A stretch of DNA of 64,000 nt from assembly GCA_963792415.1 (NCBI GenBank), contig CAWBVY010000007.1, forward strand, positions 1 through 64,000, given 5' to 3'. The notes under the pieces were generated by a model. That model searched no databases. It worked only from the letters and a program-made list of their open reading frames with translations, and was not told where the DNA came from. How positions within the stretch are numbered: the first letter of the stretch is position 1; the number at the start of each line of letters is the position of its first letter. This DNA is from Candidatus Deferrimicrobiaceae bacterium (GTDB lineage Bacteria > Desulfobacterota > Deferrimicrobia > Deferrimicrobiales > Deferrimicrobiaceae). Shown one piece after another: positions 38,653-49,474 of this stretch. The translations under genes and the position numbers were made by a program.

Positions 38653-39509
38653 TACGAAAGGCGGTGTTCCCAGCGGCAGGATTCGGAACGCGGTTTTTGC
38701 CGGCGACGAAGGCCTCTCCCAAGGAGATGCTTCCGCTGGTGGACATGCCCCTCATCCAGCACGGGGTCGAGGAGGCGAAGGCGGCCGGGATGCGGGACAT
38801 GATCATCGTGACGGGGCGCGGAAAGAACGCCATCGAGGACCACTTCGACGTCTCCTTCGAGCTGGAGGCCTTGCTGATGAAGAAGGGGGACAGCGCCCTC
38901 CTCTCCTCCGTCCGCCGCGTCACCGACGGGGCCGACTTCTTCTACGTCCGCCAGAACCTCCCTCTGGGGCTGGGTCACGCGGTGCTCCGGTCGATGGACC
39001 TGGTCGGCCAGGAGCCGTTCGCCGTCGTCCTCTCGGACGACGTGATCGATGCGGAGGTCCCCGTGCTGAAGCAGATGATCCGGGCGTACGAGAAGCACAG
39101 CGCCGGCGTGGTCCTCGCGATCCAGCGCGTTCCGAGGGACGCGGTCTCCAAGTACGGGATCATCCGGGGGAAGCGGATCGCGGACGGGGTGTACGATGTG
39201 GAGGACATGGTGGAGAAGCCGAAGCCCGCGGAGGCGCCGTCGGACCTGGCGATCATCGGACGATATCTCCTTCCCCCGTCGATCTTTCCCGCTCTCCTCG
39301 CGACGAAGCCCGGGGCGGGGGGCGAGATCCAGTTGACCGATGCCATCCGCTCCCTGATCGGGACGGAGCGGGTTATCGGGTTCGAGTTCCAGGGGGTCCG
39401 GTACGACGCGGGGACGAAGCTCGGATTCCAGATGGCGAACATCGCTTTCGCGCTGAAAGACCCGGAAATCGGCCCAGGGCTGCGGGCATTCCTGAAGAAG
39501 GAGAAATGA
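38649..39509 (+). CDS. galU: UTP--glucose-1-phosphate uridylyltransferase
   Basis: 'KAVFPAAGFGTRFLPATKASPKEML', 'LGLGHAV', 'VEKP' and 'GEIQLTDAI'. Confidence 0.96.
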   Translation: MIRKAVFPAAGFGTRFLPATKASPKEMLPLVDMPLIQHGVEEAKAAGMRDMIIVTGRGKNAIEDHFDVSFELEALLMKKGDSALLSSVRRVTDGADFFYVRQNLPLGLGHAVLRSMDLVGQEPFAVVLSDDVIDAEVPVLKQMIRAYEKHSAGVVLAIQRVPRDAVSKYGIIRGKRIADGVYDVEDMVEKPKPAEAPSDLAIIGRYLLPPSIFPALLATKPGAGGEIQLTDAIRSLIGTERVIGFEFQGVRYDAGTKLGFQMANIAFALKDPEIGPGLRAFLKKEK

Positions 39510-39510
39510 C

Positions 39511-39966
39511 GTGAGCAGAAAGATCGGGGGTTCCCACACGCGCCAGAAGTCCATGGAGGAGGTCCCGGAGAAGGGAAGGGCGGCCCGCCGCACCGGGCAT
39601 GTCCTGCTGCTGGACCTCCCGGTGGAGTCCGCCTGCCAGCCGCCCTCGGATGTCGTGGAGGTCGACGACACCGTCCGGGTCCTGCTGGAGATCCCGGGAG
39701 TCCCGGCCGCTTCCGTGCAGGTCCGGGTCCTGGGGAACCGGATCGAGATCACCGGGGAGAAGATCCCGGATTTCCCCCCGGGCGAGACCTCCTTTCTCTG
39801 CCTGGAACGGATCTTCGGGAAGTTCCAGCGGGCCTTCGAAGTGAGGGGCTCGGTGAACCTCGGGGAAGTGTCGGCGCGGATGGCGAACGGGATCCTCGTG
39901 ATCACGATCCCGAAGGTCCCGGAACGGCGAGGCCGGGAGCGCCGGATCCCGGTGACGACCGGATGA
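39511..39966 (+). CDS. Hsp20/alpha-crystallin family protein
   Basis: 'EIPGV', '[11 protein letters not shown]' and '[10 protein letters not shown]'. Lies just upstream of lon. Confidence 0.88.
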   Translation: MSRKIGGSHTRQKSMEEVPEKGRAARRTGHVLLLDLPVESACQPPSDVVEVDDTVRVLLEIPGVPAASVQVRVLGNRIEITGEKIPDFPPGETSFLCLERIFGKFQRAFEVRGSVNLGEVSARMANGILVITIPKVPERRGRERRIPVTTG

Positions 39967-39994
39967 GGGGAAGGAAGGAAGGGGGAACGACGAC

Positions 39995-42559
39995 ATGACC
40001 GACGAGACGAAGAAGAAACCGGGGGAGGGGACGGAAGCTCCCGCGGAGCGGACCGACACGGGGAGCCTCCCGACCGCAGAGGAAATGGAGCCGGGGGCGG
40101 AAACCTCGCAGGGGGAGAATCCTTCCCCGGAGGAGGAGAAGGAGACCGAGACCGGGCCGGAGATCCCCGAGGAGCTCCCTCTGCTGCCGGTGCGCGACAT
40201 CGTCATCTTCCCGTACATGACCCTGCCCCTGTTCGTGGGGCGGGAAGGCTCCGTCGCCGCGGTGGACGAAGCGCTGGCGCGGGACCGGTACATCTTTCTC
40301 GCCACGCAGAAGGACCCGTCCGTGGAAGACCCGAAGGAGGAGGACCTCTACCGCACCGGCACGGTGGCGATGATCATGCGGATGCTGAAGCTGCCCGACG
40401 GCCGGCTGAAGATCCTCATCCAGGGCGTCGTGAAGGCGAAGATCGTCGGGTTCATCGAGGCGAAGCCCGCGGTGCGCGTCCGGATCCACCGGATCGTGGA
40501 GTCCCCGCAGAAGGAGGGGTCCCTCGAGGTCGAGGCGCTGATGCGGGCCTCCCGGGAGAAGATCGAGAAGATCCTGTCGCTCAAGAACATGCCGGTCGAG
40601 ATCCTGATGGTCACCGAGAACATCAACAATCCCGGCGTGCTCGCCGACCTCGTGGCGTCGAACCTGCGCCTGAAGATCGAGGAGGCGCAATCGGTGCTCG
40701 AGGAGGAAGACTCCGTCGCGCGGCTGAACCTGGTCAGCAACCTCCTCTCCCGCGAGCTGCAGCTGGCGGAGATGCAGGCGAAGATCCAGAACCAGGCGAA
40801 GGAGGAGATGTCCAAGAGCCAGCGGGAGTATTTCCTGCGGGAGCAGATGAAGGCGATCAAGCAGGAGCTGGGCGACATCGACGGGAAGTCCGAGGAGGCC
40901 GACGACCTGAGGGGGAAGGTCGAGGCCGCCGGGATGCCCGAGGAGGTGAAAAAGGAGGCGGAGAAGCAGCTCCGCCGCCTGGAGGGGATGCATCCAGACT
41001 CGGCCGAGTCGTCCGTGGTGCGCACCTACCTCGACTGGATGGTGGAAATCCCCTGGAAGAAGGAGACCAAGGACAACATCCAGATCGGGAAGGCGAAGGA
41101 GATCCTCGACGAGGACCACCACGACCTCGAGAAGGTCAAGGAGCGGATCCTCGAATACCTGTCCGTGCGCAAGCTGAAGGACAAGATGAAGGGGCCGATC
41201 CTCTGCTTCGTCGGTCCCCCGGGCGTGGGGAAAACGTCCCTCGGGAAGTCGATCGCCCGCGCGATGGGGCGGAAGTTCATCCGCATGTCCCTCGGCGGCA
41301 TCCGGGACGAGGCGGAGATCCGCGGACACCGCCGGACGTACGTGGGGGCGCTTCCGGGGCGCGTCATCCAGGGGATGAAGCAGGCGGGGACGCGGAACCC
41401 GGTCTTCATGCTGGACGAGATCGACAAGGTGGGGGCCGATTTCCGGGGCGATCCCTCCGCGGCGCTGCTCGAGGTGCTGGACCCCGAGCAGAACTTCGCG
41501 TTCAGCGACAACTACCTGAACGTACCGTTCGACCTTTCGAAGGTCCTCTTCATCGCCACGGCGAACATCATCGATCCCGTCCCGCCGGCCCTCAAGGACC
41601 GGATGGAGATCATCAATCTCTCGGGATACACGGACGTCGACAAGCTGGCGATCGCCAAGAAATACCTTTTGCCGCGCCAGTTCGAGGAGAACGGGATCCG
41701 GCGGGGAAAAATCACGATGAGGGACAAGGCGATCCTCGCCATCATCCACGAATACACCCGCGAAGCGGGGCTGAGAAACCTCGAGCGGGAGATCGGCAAG
41801 GTGTGCCGGAAGCTGGCCCGGAAGATCGCCGAGGGAGAAAAGGGGCCCTTCGCCGTCACGCCGAAGACCCTCGCGAAGTATCTCGGGGCCCCGCGGAACC
41901 TTCCGGAAACGGAGGGGGAGGCCGACGAGGTCGGCGTCGCGACGGGCCTCGCCTGGACGCCGACGGGGGGAGACATTCTCTTCGTCGAGGTGTCCCTCGT
42001 CGACGGAAAGGGAGGCGTGATGATCACCGGGTACCTCGGCGACGTGATGAAGGAGAGCGCCCAGGCGGCGATCACCTACGTCCGTTCGCGCGCGGCGAAG
42101 CTCGGGCTTCCGCGGAATTTCCACGCGAAGCACGACATCCACATCCATGTCCCGTCGGGGGGGATCCCGAAGGACGGTCCCTCCGCCGGGATCACGATCG
42201 CGACGGCCCTCGTCTCCTCGCTCACGGGGATCCCCGTCCGCAGGGACGTGGCGATGACCGGCGAGGTCACTCTCCGCGGCCGCGTCCTTCCGATCGGCGG
42301 CCTGAAGGAGAAGGCGCTGGCGGCGCTTCGCGCCGGGATCAGCCATGTGATCGCCCCGGCGCGGAACGGGAAGGACCTCGAGGAGATCCCCCGCCACGAG
42401 GCCCGGCAGGTGCGCTTCACGCTGGTGAAGACGATGGACGAGGTCCTTTCCCTCGCCCTGACGAGGGACCCGTTCCAGTGGGAAAAGAGGAAGGCGACGC
42501 CCCGCCGGGGAAAGGGCGTGCCGGCGAAAGGTTCGGGGAAGCCGAAGCGGGCCCGCTGA
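39995..42559 (+). CDS. lon: ATP-dependent protease La (Lon)
   Basis: Lon N-domain, 'GPPGVGKTS', '[11 protein letters not shown]', 'PKDGPSAG' and 'IGGLKEK'. Confidence 0.97.
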   Translation: MTDETKKKPGEGTEAPAERTDTGSLPTAEEMEPGAETSQGENPSPEEEKETETGPEIPEELPLLPVRDIVIFPYMTLPLFVGREGSVAAVDEALARDRYIFLATQKDPSVEDPKEEDLYRTGTVAMIMRMLKLPDGRLKILIQGVVKAKIVGFIEAKPAVRVRIHRIVESPQKEGSLEVEALMRASREKIEKILSLKNMPVEILMVTENINNPGVLADLVASNLRLKIEEAQSVLEEEDSVARLNLVSNLLSRELQLAEMQAKIQNQAKEEMSKSQREYFLREQMKAIKQELGDIDGKSEEADDLRGKVEAAGMPEEVKKEAEKQLRRLEGMHPDSAESSVVRTYLDWMVEIPWKKETKDNIQIGKAKEILDEDHHDLEKVKERILEYLSVRKLKDKMKGPILCFVGPPGVGKTSLGKSIARAMGRKFIRMSLGGIRDEAEIRGHRRTYVGALPGRVIQGMKQAGTRNPVFMLDEIDKVGADFRGDPSAALLEVLDPEQNFAFSDNYLNVPFDLSKVLFIATANIIDPVPPALKDRMEIINLSGYTDVDKLAIAKKYLLPRQFEENGIRRGKITMRDKAILAIIHEYTREAGLRNLEREIGKVCRKLARKIAEGEKGPFAVTPKTLAKYLGAPRNLPETEGEADEVGVATGLAWTPTGGDILFVEVSLVDGKGGVMITGYLGDVMKESAQAAITYVRSRAAKLGLPRNFHAKHDIHIHVPSGGIPKDGPSAGITIATALVSSLTGIPVRRDVAMTGEVTLRGRVLPIGGLKEKALAALRAGISHVIAPARNGKDLEEIPRHEARQVRFTLVKTMDEVLSLALTRDPFQWEKRKATPRRGKGVPAKGSGKPKRAR

Positions 42560-42566
42560 CGCCGTC

Positions 42567-43823
42567 GTGAAAGCGGTACTCCTCCCCTTCCTGTTCATCG
42601 CTTCCGCGTTCTTTTCCGCGACGGAGACGGCGCTGTTCGCCCTGCGGCGCGTGGATCTCCTGAAGTGGAAGGAGGAGGGGAACCGGCGGGCAGAGCGGAT
42701 CGCGCAGATGCTCTCGAAGCCCAACCGGCTGATCGCGACGATCTTCCTCGGGAACGAGGTCGTCAACGTGGCGATCTCCTCGGTGATCGCCGCCCTGCTC
42801 CTCCCGCACCTTCCGGGCGGGGCCGGCGAGGGGGTCGCCCTTCTCCTGGGCACGCTCGGGATCCTCCTGATCGGGGACGTGACGCCGAAGTGCCTCGTGT
42901 GGCCGCGGGCCCGCGGGTTTTCGCTGGCGGCCGCCGCGCCGCTCCACGCGTTCTCCCGCGTGGTCGCCCCGGCGCGGTTCGTGCTCGAGAAGATCGCCGG
43001 CGGGGTCCTCTTCCTGCTGGGGGAGCGGGGCGGGCCGCAGACCCGCGAGATGATCTCCGAGGCGGAGTTCCGCGCGCTGGTCGACGCCGGAGAGGAGACG
43101 GGCACCCTCGACTCGGAGGAGAAGGAGCTCATCCACAACATCTTCGAAATGACCGACCGGCGCGCGGGGGAGATCATGACCCCCCTGCCCGACGTCTTCA
43201 TGATCCCGAAGGATCTGCCGTACGAGGAGCTGGTCTCCCGGTACCGCCGCTACCGCCGGTCACGGATTCCGGTGTACGAGGGCGGGCGGCACAACGTCGT
43301 CGGCGTCCTCCATTTCAAGCAGCTGCTCCGCCCGATCGCCGAGGGGGGGGCGCCGCCGGTGTGGCAGGATCTCGTCCGGCCTCCCTACGTGGTCCCCGAG
43401 GTGCAGAAGCTCCATCCGCTGCTGCGCGAGTTCCAGAGGCGGAAGGTGCACATCGCCGTCGTGGTGGACGAGTACGGGGAGACGTGCGGGATCGTCACGC
43501 TCGAGGACGTCCTCGAGGAGCTGTTCGGGGAGATCCTGGAGGAGCGTGACCGGGAGGAGAGGGAGATCGTCCTGCGCCCCGACGGGTCCTCCCTCGTCCT
43601 CGGGAAGACCCAGATCCGCCACTTCAACGAGGCGTTCGGGACGGAGATCCCGGACCTGGAATTCGACACGGTCGCAGGTTTCCTCCTCCATGAATTCGGG
43701 AGGATGCCGGCCCCCGGGGAGAAGACTTCGCTGGAGGGGATCTCCTTCACCGTGGAGCGGATGAAAGGGCTGCGGATCGTGGAGGTCGGCGTTCGCCCGG
43801 CGCTGCAGGGGAAGGTGGAATAG
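42567..43823 (+). CDS. CNNM/CBS/CorC domain (hemolysin-like) membrane protein
   Basis: 'SAFFSATETALF', 'SRIPVY' and 'VVVDEYG..GIVTLEDVLEE'. Confidence 0.92.
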   Translation: MKAVLLPFLFIASAFFSATETALFALRRVDLLKWKEEGNRRAERIAQMLSKPNRLIATIFLGNEVVNVAISSVIAALLLPHLPGGAGEGVALLLGTLGILLIGDVTPKCLVWPRARGFSLAAAAPLHAFSRVVAPARFVLEKIAGGVLFLLGERGGPQTREMISEAEFRALVDAGEETGTLDSEEKELIHNIFEMTDRRAGEIMTPLPDVFMIPKDLPYEELVSRYRRYRRSRIPVYEGGRHNVVGVLHFKQLLRPIAEGGAPPVWQDLVRPPYVVPEVQKLHPLLREFQRRKVHIAVVVDEYGETCGIVTLEDVLEELFGEILEERDREEREIVLRPDGSSLVLGKTQIRHFNEAFGTEIPDLEFDTVAGFLLHEFGRMPAPGEKTSLEGISFTVERMKGLRIVEVGVRPALQGKVE

Positions 43824-43824
43824 G

Positions 43825-45054
43825 GTGGAAATCGTCCTCCTCGTCGCCTTCTGCCTCCTGATGGAGGCGCTCTTCACAGGGTCCGAGATGGTGCTGATCT
43901 CGGCGGACCGGCACAAGCTCACCGACCGGTCCCGCCAGGGGGACCGGGGAGCGAAACTGGCGCTCGACCTCCTGTCGAAACCGGAACGCGCCCTCGCCGT
44001 CACCCTCACGGCGACGAACCTGTTCATCGTCCTCTCCTCCGTGGCCGTCACTTCGCGGCTCCTTCCCCGGTTCGGGGAATACGCGCCGCTCGTCGCCGTC
44101 GGCCTGGTCACGCCGCTCGTCATCGTCCTCGGCGAGGTCGTCCCGAAGAGCTTCGCGCGGGGGCGGGCGGACCGGCTCGCCTCCGCCGCCGGACGCATCG
44201 TCCGCATGGGGGAGATCGCGCTCTTTCCGCTGGTCGCGGCGGTCTCCTGGGTGGCGCGGACGCTTTCGGCCCCCTTCGGCGGGATCCCCCCCCTGCGGGC
44301 GCTCGTGACCCGGGAGGAACTCGCGCTGCTGCTGCAGGCGAGCCGGGGCGGGGGGTCGGACGTCGAGCCCCACGAGCGGATGATGGTGCGGCGCGCGTTC
44401 CACTTCGGCGAGAAAAGGGTGGAGGACGTGTTCCGGCCCCTCGCGCAGGTGGTGGCGCTCCCCGAGGACGCTACGTGCCGCGACGCGGCGCTGCTGGCCG
44501 ACCGGAGCGGGTATTCGCGCTACCCCGCGTATCGCGGGCGGATCGACCAGGTGGTCGGGTACCTCCACGTCCTGGACGTCGCGGGAAACGACCCCGCGGC
44601 CCCGGTGACGCCGCTGTTGCGGAAGCCCCTCTTCGTTCCCGAACTGATGCCGCTGGACGAGCTGCTGCGCGTGTTCCGGGACGCGCGGACCTCTTTCGCC
44701 GTAGTCGTGGACGAGTTCGGCGGGGTCACCGGGATCGTCACCGCGGAGGACGTGGTCGAGGAGGTGGTGGGAGAGATCGAGGACGAATACGACCGCCGCA
44801 TGGAATACTATACGAAGGTTTCCGAGGCGGAGTTCCTCGTTCCCGGTAGGATGGAGGTCGGCCGTTTCGCCGAGGTGATCGGCGTTCGCCTGGCGGAAGG
44901 GGACTACGCGACCGTCGGCGGCTTCCTGACCGACCTTGCGGGCCGGATCCCGTCGGCGGGGGAGACGTTCGAGGTCCCGGGGGCGATCCTTGCCGTCACG
45001 TCCGCGTCGGAGCGAGCCGTTCTGGAAGTCCGGGTGCTACGGGTAACGGCGTAG
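43825..45054 (+). CDS. CNNM/CBS/CorC domain (hemolysin-like) membrane protein, second paralog
   Basis: 'EALFTGSE', 'GEVVPKS' and 'VVDEFGGVTGIVTAEDVVEEVVGEI'. Confidence 0.92.
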   Translation: MEIVLLVAFCLLMEALFTGSEMVLISADRHKLTDRSRQGDRGAKLALDLLSKPERALAVTLTATNLFIVLSSVAVTSRLLPRFGEYAPLVAVGLVTPLVIVLGEVVPKSFARGRADRLASAAGRIVRMGEIALFPLVAAVSWVARTLSAPFGGIPPLRALVTREELALLLQASRGGGSDVEPHERMMVRRAFHFGEKRVEDVFRPLAQVVALPEDATCRDAALLADRSGYSRYPAYRGRIDQVVGYLHVLDVAGNDPAAPVTPLLRKPLFVPELMPLDELLRVFRDARTSFAVVVDEFGGVTGIVTAEDVVEEVVGEIEDEYDRRMEYYTKVSEAEFLVPGRMEVGRFAEVIGVRLAEGDYATVGGFLTDLAGRIPSAGETFEVPGAILAVTSASERAVLEVRVLRVTA

Positions 45055-45109
45055 GAGTCCGGCGTGGCCGGCGAGGACGGGAAACGGGAGCGGTGAGAAA
45101 GGAAGGACG

Positions 45110-45859
45110 TTGACGAAGGACCGCCTGAAAAAAATGCTCTCCGATGTGGCGGCCGGCTCCGTCTCCGTGGAGGAGGCGTTCGAGCGCCTTCGCACGTTGC
45201 CGTACGAAACCGTGGCGGGGGCGCACGTCGACCACCATCGCGGGATCCGGCAAGGGGTCCCCGAGGTGATCTTCGGCGAGGGGAAGACGGCGGAGCAGAT
45301 CGTGACGATCGCCCGGTCGATGCGAAAGGCCGGAGCGGGGGTTCTCGTCACGCGTCTGTCCGACGAAAAGATGCGGGCCCTCCGGAAGCGGCTCCGGGGG
45401 TCGCAGGCCCACCCGCAGGCCCGCTGCCTGGTGGTCCGGGACGGCGCCCCGAAGATCGTCGGGAAGGGGACCGTCCTCGTGGTGACGGCGGGCACCTCGG
45501 ACATCCCGGTGGCGGAAGAGGCGGCCGTGACCGCAGAATTCCTCGGCAACCGCGTCGATCGCCTCTTCGACGTCGGGGTCGCGGGGATCCACCGGCTTCT
45601 GCTGCAGCAGGAGCGGGTGCGCGGCGCGCGGGTGATCGTAGTGGCGGCGGGGATGGAAGGGGCGCTCGCCTCGGTGGTGGGGGGTCTGACCGACAAGCCG
45701 GTCATCGCGGTGCCCACCAGCGTCGGCTACGGGGCCGCCTTCGGCGGCGTGGCGGCGCTCCTCGGGATGCTGAACTCCTGCTCCCCGACCGTGGCCGTGG
45801 TCAACATCGACAACGGGTTCGGCGCGGGAGTCATCGCATCGGTGATCAACCGGCTGTGA
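45110..45859 (+). CDS. larB: Nickel-pincer cofactor biosynthesis protein LarB
   Basis: 'DHHRGIRQGVPEVIFGEGKT', 'AGTSDIPVAEEA', 'DVGVAGIHR', 'PTSVGYG' and 'VNIDNGFGA'. Confidence 0.94.
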   Translation: MTKDRLKKMLSDVAAGSVSVEEAFERLRTLPYETVAGAHVDHHRGIRQGVPEVIFGEGKTAEQIVTIARSMRKAGAGVLVTRLSDEKMRALRKRLRGSQAHPQARCLVVRDGAPKIVGKGTVLVVTAGTSDIPVAEEAAVTAEFLGNRVDRLFDVGVAGIHRLLLQQERVRGARVIVVAAGMEGALASVVGGLTDKPVIAVPTSVGYGAAFGGVAALLGMLNSCSPTVAVVNIDNGFGAGVIASVINRL

Positions 45860-47028
45860 GCGGGCTCCTTTACTTCGATTGCTTCTCCGGGATCGCCGGG
45901 GACATGACGACGGCGGCGCTGCTCTCCCTTTCCGGGGCGGAGGCGGCGTTGCGCAAGGCGCTGAAAGGGGTGCCGCTCTCCGGCTACCGCCTCGGCGTGG
46001 AGCGGGGGACGTCCGGGGGAGTGGCGGGAACGCGGGTAAGCGTGAACGTCTCCCGGGGGAAAGCCGCCGCGCGGCATCTTCCCGACATCGTCGCCCTGCT
46101 GCGGGCCTCTTCCCTGCCCGGCGCAGTCCGCGCCCGGGCGATCTCCTGCTTCGAGCGGCTGGGGGAAGCGGAGGCGAAGGTTCACGGCATCCCGGTCGAC
46201 AAGGTCCATTTCCACGAGGTCGGCGCGGTCGACGCGATCGTCGACGTCGTTTCCGGCTGCTTCCTTTTCGAGCACCTCGGCGCGCCGAAGGCGTTCTGCT
46301 CCCCCCTCCCCGGGGGGTCCGGCGAAGCCTGGTCGGAACACGGGAAGATCCCCGTTCCCGGCCCGGCGACGCTCGAACTGCTCCGCGACGCGCCGTGGCG
46401 GTTCGGGGAAGGGGAAGGGGAGCTGGTGACGCCGACGGGGGCGGCGCTGCTGCGCGCGTTCGACGTCTCCTTCGGGCGGCCGCCGGGAATGGCGGTGCGC
46501 GGCGTCGGGATCGGGCTGGGGCACCGGGAGATCCCGGGACGGCCCAACCTGCTGCGCGTCGTCGTCGGGGACCCGGTGCCGGCGGCCCTCGGGCGGGACC
46601 GCGTCCTCGAGGTCGAGGCGAACATCGACGACATGAGCCCGCAGCGGTTCGAGATCCTGATCGAGCGGGCGCTTGCCGCCGGCGCCCTGGACGTGGCGAT
46701 CCTCCCGGCGACGATGAAGAAGAACCGGCCGGGCTGGGTGCTGCGCCTCCTGTGCCCCGAGGAGCGGCTCGAGATCGTCTCCTCGGCGGTGTTTTCCGTT
46801 TCCACCGCGATCGGCCTGCGGTTCCACGCGTGCGACCGGTTGAAGCTCGACCGCGCCTTGGTTCCGCTCGAGACGCGATACGGGCGCGTCCGGGTCAAGG
46901 AAGCGACGCTGCCGGACGGGTCGGTGCGCCCGGTGCCGGAGTACGACGACGTGAGGCGGATCGTGCGGTCGGGGGCGGCCACGTTCGACGAGGTGGCGCT
47001 CGAGGTGGCGAAGGCGTGGCGAAGGTAA
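45856..47028 (+). CDS. larC: Nickel-pincer cofactor biosynthesis protein LarC
   Basis: 'YFDCFSGIAGDM', 'HFHEVGAVDAIVD', 'PVPGPAT', 'ELVTPTGAA', 'MKKNRPG' and 'PEYDD'. Confidence 0.94.
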   Translation: MSGLLYFDCFSGIAGDMTTAALLSLSGAEAALRKALKGVPLSGYRLGVERGTSGGVAGTRVSVNVSRGKAAARHLPDIVALLRASSLPGAVRARAISCFERLGEAEAKVHGIPVDKVHFHEVGAVDAIVDVVSGCFLFEHLGAPKAFCSPLPGGSGEAWSEHGKIPVPGPATLELLRDAPWRFGEGEGELVTPTGAALLRAFDVSFGRPPGMAVRGVGIGLGHREIPGRPNLLRVVVGDPVPAALGRDRVLEVEANIDDMSPQRFEILIERALAAGALDVAILPATMKKNRPGWVLRLLCPEERLEIVSSAVFSVSTAIGLRFHACDRLKLDRALVPLETRYGRVRVKEATLPDGSVRPVPEYDDVRRIVRSGAATFDEVALEVAKAWRR

Positions 47029-48392
47029 AGGTCGAGTTCGCCTGCACGGCGTGCGGGACCTCCTCTCCCAAGTGGGTGGGGAAGTGCCCGGGGTGCGGGG
47101 AGTGGAACACGCTGGTCGAAGAGGCTGTCGCCTCCTCCTCCTCGCCGCGGCAACGCACGGCCGGCATGCCCGACTTCCCCGCTTCGCGCCCGGTGCGCCT
47201 CACGGAGGTCGCGGAGACCGCCTCGTCGCGGACGTCGTGCGGGATCGGCGAGTTCGACCGGGTGATGGGGGGGGGCGTCGTCCCCGCCTCGGCGACGCTC
47301 CTGGGCGGCGATCCGGGGATCGGGAAGTCCACCATCCTCCTCCAGGCGGCGCGGGGCCTGGCCCGGCACGGGAAGCCGGTCCTGTACGTCTCGGGCGAGG
47401 AGTCGGAAGCGCAGGTGAAATTGCGCGCCTCGCGGCTGGGCGTGACCGACGCCGGGATCTACCTGATGTCGGAGACGTCCCTCGAGCGGATCCTCTCCGC
47501 CACCGGCGAGCTCTCCCCGGGGACGCTGATCGTCGACTCGATCCAGACCGTGTTTTCCTCCGACCTTCCCGGGGCGCCGGGTTCCGTCGGCCAGGTGCGG
47601 GAGTGCGCCGCGCGGCTCACCTACTTCGGGAAGAAGGCGGGGGTGTCGGTCTTCCTCGTGGGGCACGTGACGAAGGAGGGGGCGATCGCGGGGCCGCGGG
47701 TGCTCGAGCACATCGTGGACACGGTCCTCTACTTCGAGGGGGAGAAGGGACACCCGTACCGGATCCTGAAGGCGGTGAAGAACCGGTTCGGCTCGACGAA
47801 CGAGATCGGCGTCTTCGAGATGCGCGCCGAGGGGCTGACCGAGGTCGCGGACCCGTCGGGGATGTTCCTCTCGGAGCGGTCGGACGAGACGTCGGGAACG
47901 CTCGTCTTCCCGGCGATCGAGGGGACCCGGCCGCTGCTGGTCGAGGTGCAGGCGCTCGTTTCGCAGTCGTTCCTCGCGATGCCGCGCCGCACGACGCTGG
48001 GCGTCGACTACAACCGTGTGATCCTGATGTGCGCCATCCTCGAGAAGAAGGCGGGCGTCTCCCTCTACAACCAGGACGTCTTCGTCAACGTGGCGGGAGG
48101 GATCCGGGTCGACGAGCCCGCCGCGGACCTCGCCCTGTGCTGCGCCGTGGCCGGATCCTTCAAGGACCGGGTGGTCCCGCCGGGGACGGCGGTGTTCGGC
48201 GAGGTGGGGCTGGGGGGCGAGGTGCGCGCGGTGCCGATGGCCGAGATGCGCCTGAACGAAGCCGCCAAGATGGGGTTCTCCCGCGTCGTCCTGCCCGCGT
48301 CCAACGCGGAGCGCCTCGGCGCGAAGTTCCCCCTGGAACTGCTCCCGGTGCGCCACGTGAAGGAAGCCCTCTCCCGCGTCGCGGGGAAGTAG
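47016..48392 (+). CDS. radA: DNA repair protein RadA/Sms
   Basis: Zn finger 'CTACG...KCPGCGEWN', 'GDPGIGKST', 'KNRFG' and 'GEVGLGGE'. Confidence 0.97.
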   Translation: MAKVKVEFACTACGTSSPKWVGKCPGCGEWNTLVEEAVASSSSPRQRTAGMPDFPASRPVRLTEVAETASSRTSCGIGEFDRVMGGGVVPASATLLGGDPGIGKSTILLQAARGLARHGKPVLYVSGEESEAQVKLRASRLGVTDAGIYLMSETSLERILSATGELSPGTLIVDSIQTVFSSDLPGAPGSVGQVRECAARLTYFGKKAGVSVFLVGHVTKEGAIAGPRVLEHIVDTVLYFEGEKGHPYRILKAVKNRFGSTNEIGVFEMRAEGLTEVADPSGMFLSERSDETSGTLVFPAIEGTRPLLVEVQALVSQSFLAMPRRTTLGVDYNRVILMCAILEKKAGVSLYNQDVFVNVAGGIRVDEPAADLALCCAVAGSFKDRVVPPGTAVFGEVGLGGEVRAVPMAEMRLNEAAKMGFSRVVLPASNAERLGAKFPLELLPVRHVKEALSRVAGK

Positions 48393-48398
48393 GCCGGC

Positions 48399-48848
48399 AT
48401 GGGGAAGAGGTACTGGGACGATCTGAGGGAGGGGGAACGGTTCACGTGCCGGCCCGTGGCGTTCGACCGGGAGGGGATCGTCGCGTTCGGAAAAGAGTAC
48501 GACCCGTGGCCGTTCCACGTCGACGGGGAAGCGGCCGGCCGGTCGATCTTCGGGGACGTGATCGCGTCCGCCCTGCACACCATTTCCGCCTGCACGCGGG
48601 TCGTTGTCGAAGCGAACAGGGACGTCGCGCTCCTCTCGGGGCTGGCCATCGACGAGGTCCGCACGCTCCATCCGGTGCGCCCGGGCGACGTGCTGACGGT
48701 CGAGGCGCGCTGGTCGGATCTGCGGCGGTCCCGCGGCAAACCGGACCGCGGGATCGCCGGAGTGAAGTGCACGGTCAGGAACCAGCGGGGCGATACCGTG
48801 CTGGAGTACGGGTACCGGTACCTGGTCGCCTGCCGGCCGGAGCCTTGA
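48399..48848 (+). CDS. MaoC family dehydratase
   Basis: 'YWDDL..G', 'YDPWPFHVD', 'IASALHT', 'PVRPGD' and 'NQRG'. Confidence 0.88.
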   Translation: MGKRYWDDLREGERFTCRPVAFDREGIVAFGKEYDPWPFHVDGEAAGRSIFGDVIASALHTISACTRVVVEANRDVALLSGLAIDEVRTLHPVRPGDVLTVEARWSDLRRSRGKPDRGIAGVKCTVRNQRGDTVLEYGYRYLVACRPEP

Positions 48849-48891
48849 TGGCGAGGGACGCCCACGGCAGCCAACGGAACAGGGGTGGCGG

Positions 48892-49455
48892 ATGAAACGT
48901 TGCGAATGGGCCGGCAGAGGCGAGCTCGAGCAGGCCTATCACGACAAGGAATGGGGGGTACCGCTTCACGACGACAGACGCCTGTTCGAGTTTCTCGTTC
49001 TGGAAGGGGCGCAGGCCGGCTTGAGCTGGTCCACCGTCCTCAAGAAACGGGAGGGGTACCGAAAAGCTTTCCGGAATTTCGATGTCGATATCGTCTCCGG
49101 ATTCTCGGAGGGGGAGGTTTCGATGTTGCTTGCCGACCCCGGGATCATCAGGAACCGGCTCAAGATCCGCGCCGCCATCGGCAACGCCCGGTCATTCCTG
49201 CGGGTACGGGAAGAGTTCGGAAGTTTCGATACCTACATCTGGCGGTTCGTCGACGGGACTCCCGTCCGGAATGCGTGGAGCCGGATGGGGGAAATACCGT
49301 GCCGCACCCCCGCGTCCGATTCCATGAGCAGGGATTTGCGGAAAAGAGGCTTCACGTTCGCGGGGTCGACGATCTGTTACGCCTTCATGCAGGCGGTCGG
49401 CATGGTGAACGATCACGTTGTGGAATGCTTCCGGCACGAAAATCTCTCGAGGTAA
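48892..49455 (+). CDS. tag: DNA-3-methyladenine glycosylase I
   Basis: 'RCEWA', 'YHDKEWG', 'LEGAQAGLSW', 'IIRNRLKI' and 'MQAVGMVNDH'. Confidence 0.96.
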   Translation: MKRCEWAGRGELEQAYHDKEWGVPLHDDRRLFEFLVLEGAQAGLSWSTVLKKREGYRKAFRNFDVDIVSGFSEGEVSMLLADPGIIRNRLKIRAAIGNARSFLRVREEFGSFDTYIWRFVDGTPVRNAWSRMGEIPCRTPASDSMSRDLRKRGFTFAGSTICYAFMQAVGMVNDHVVECFRHENLSR

Positions 49456-49474
49456 AAGGCTCCCCGGCTTCGGT

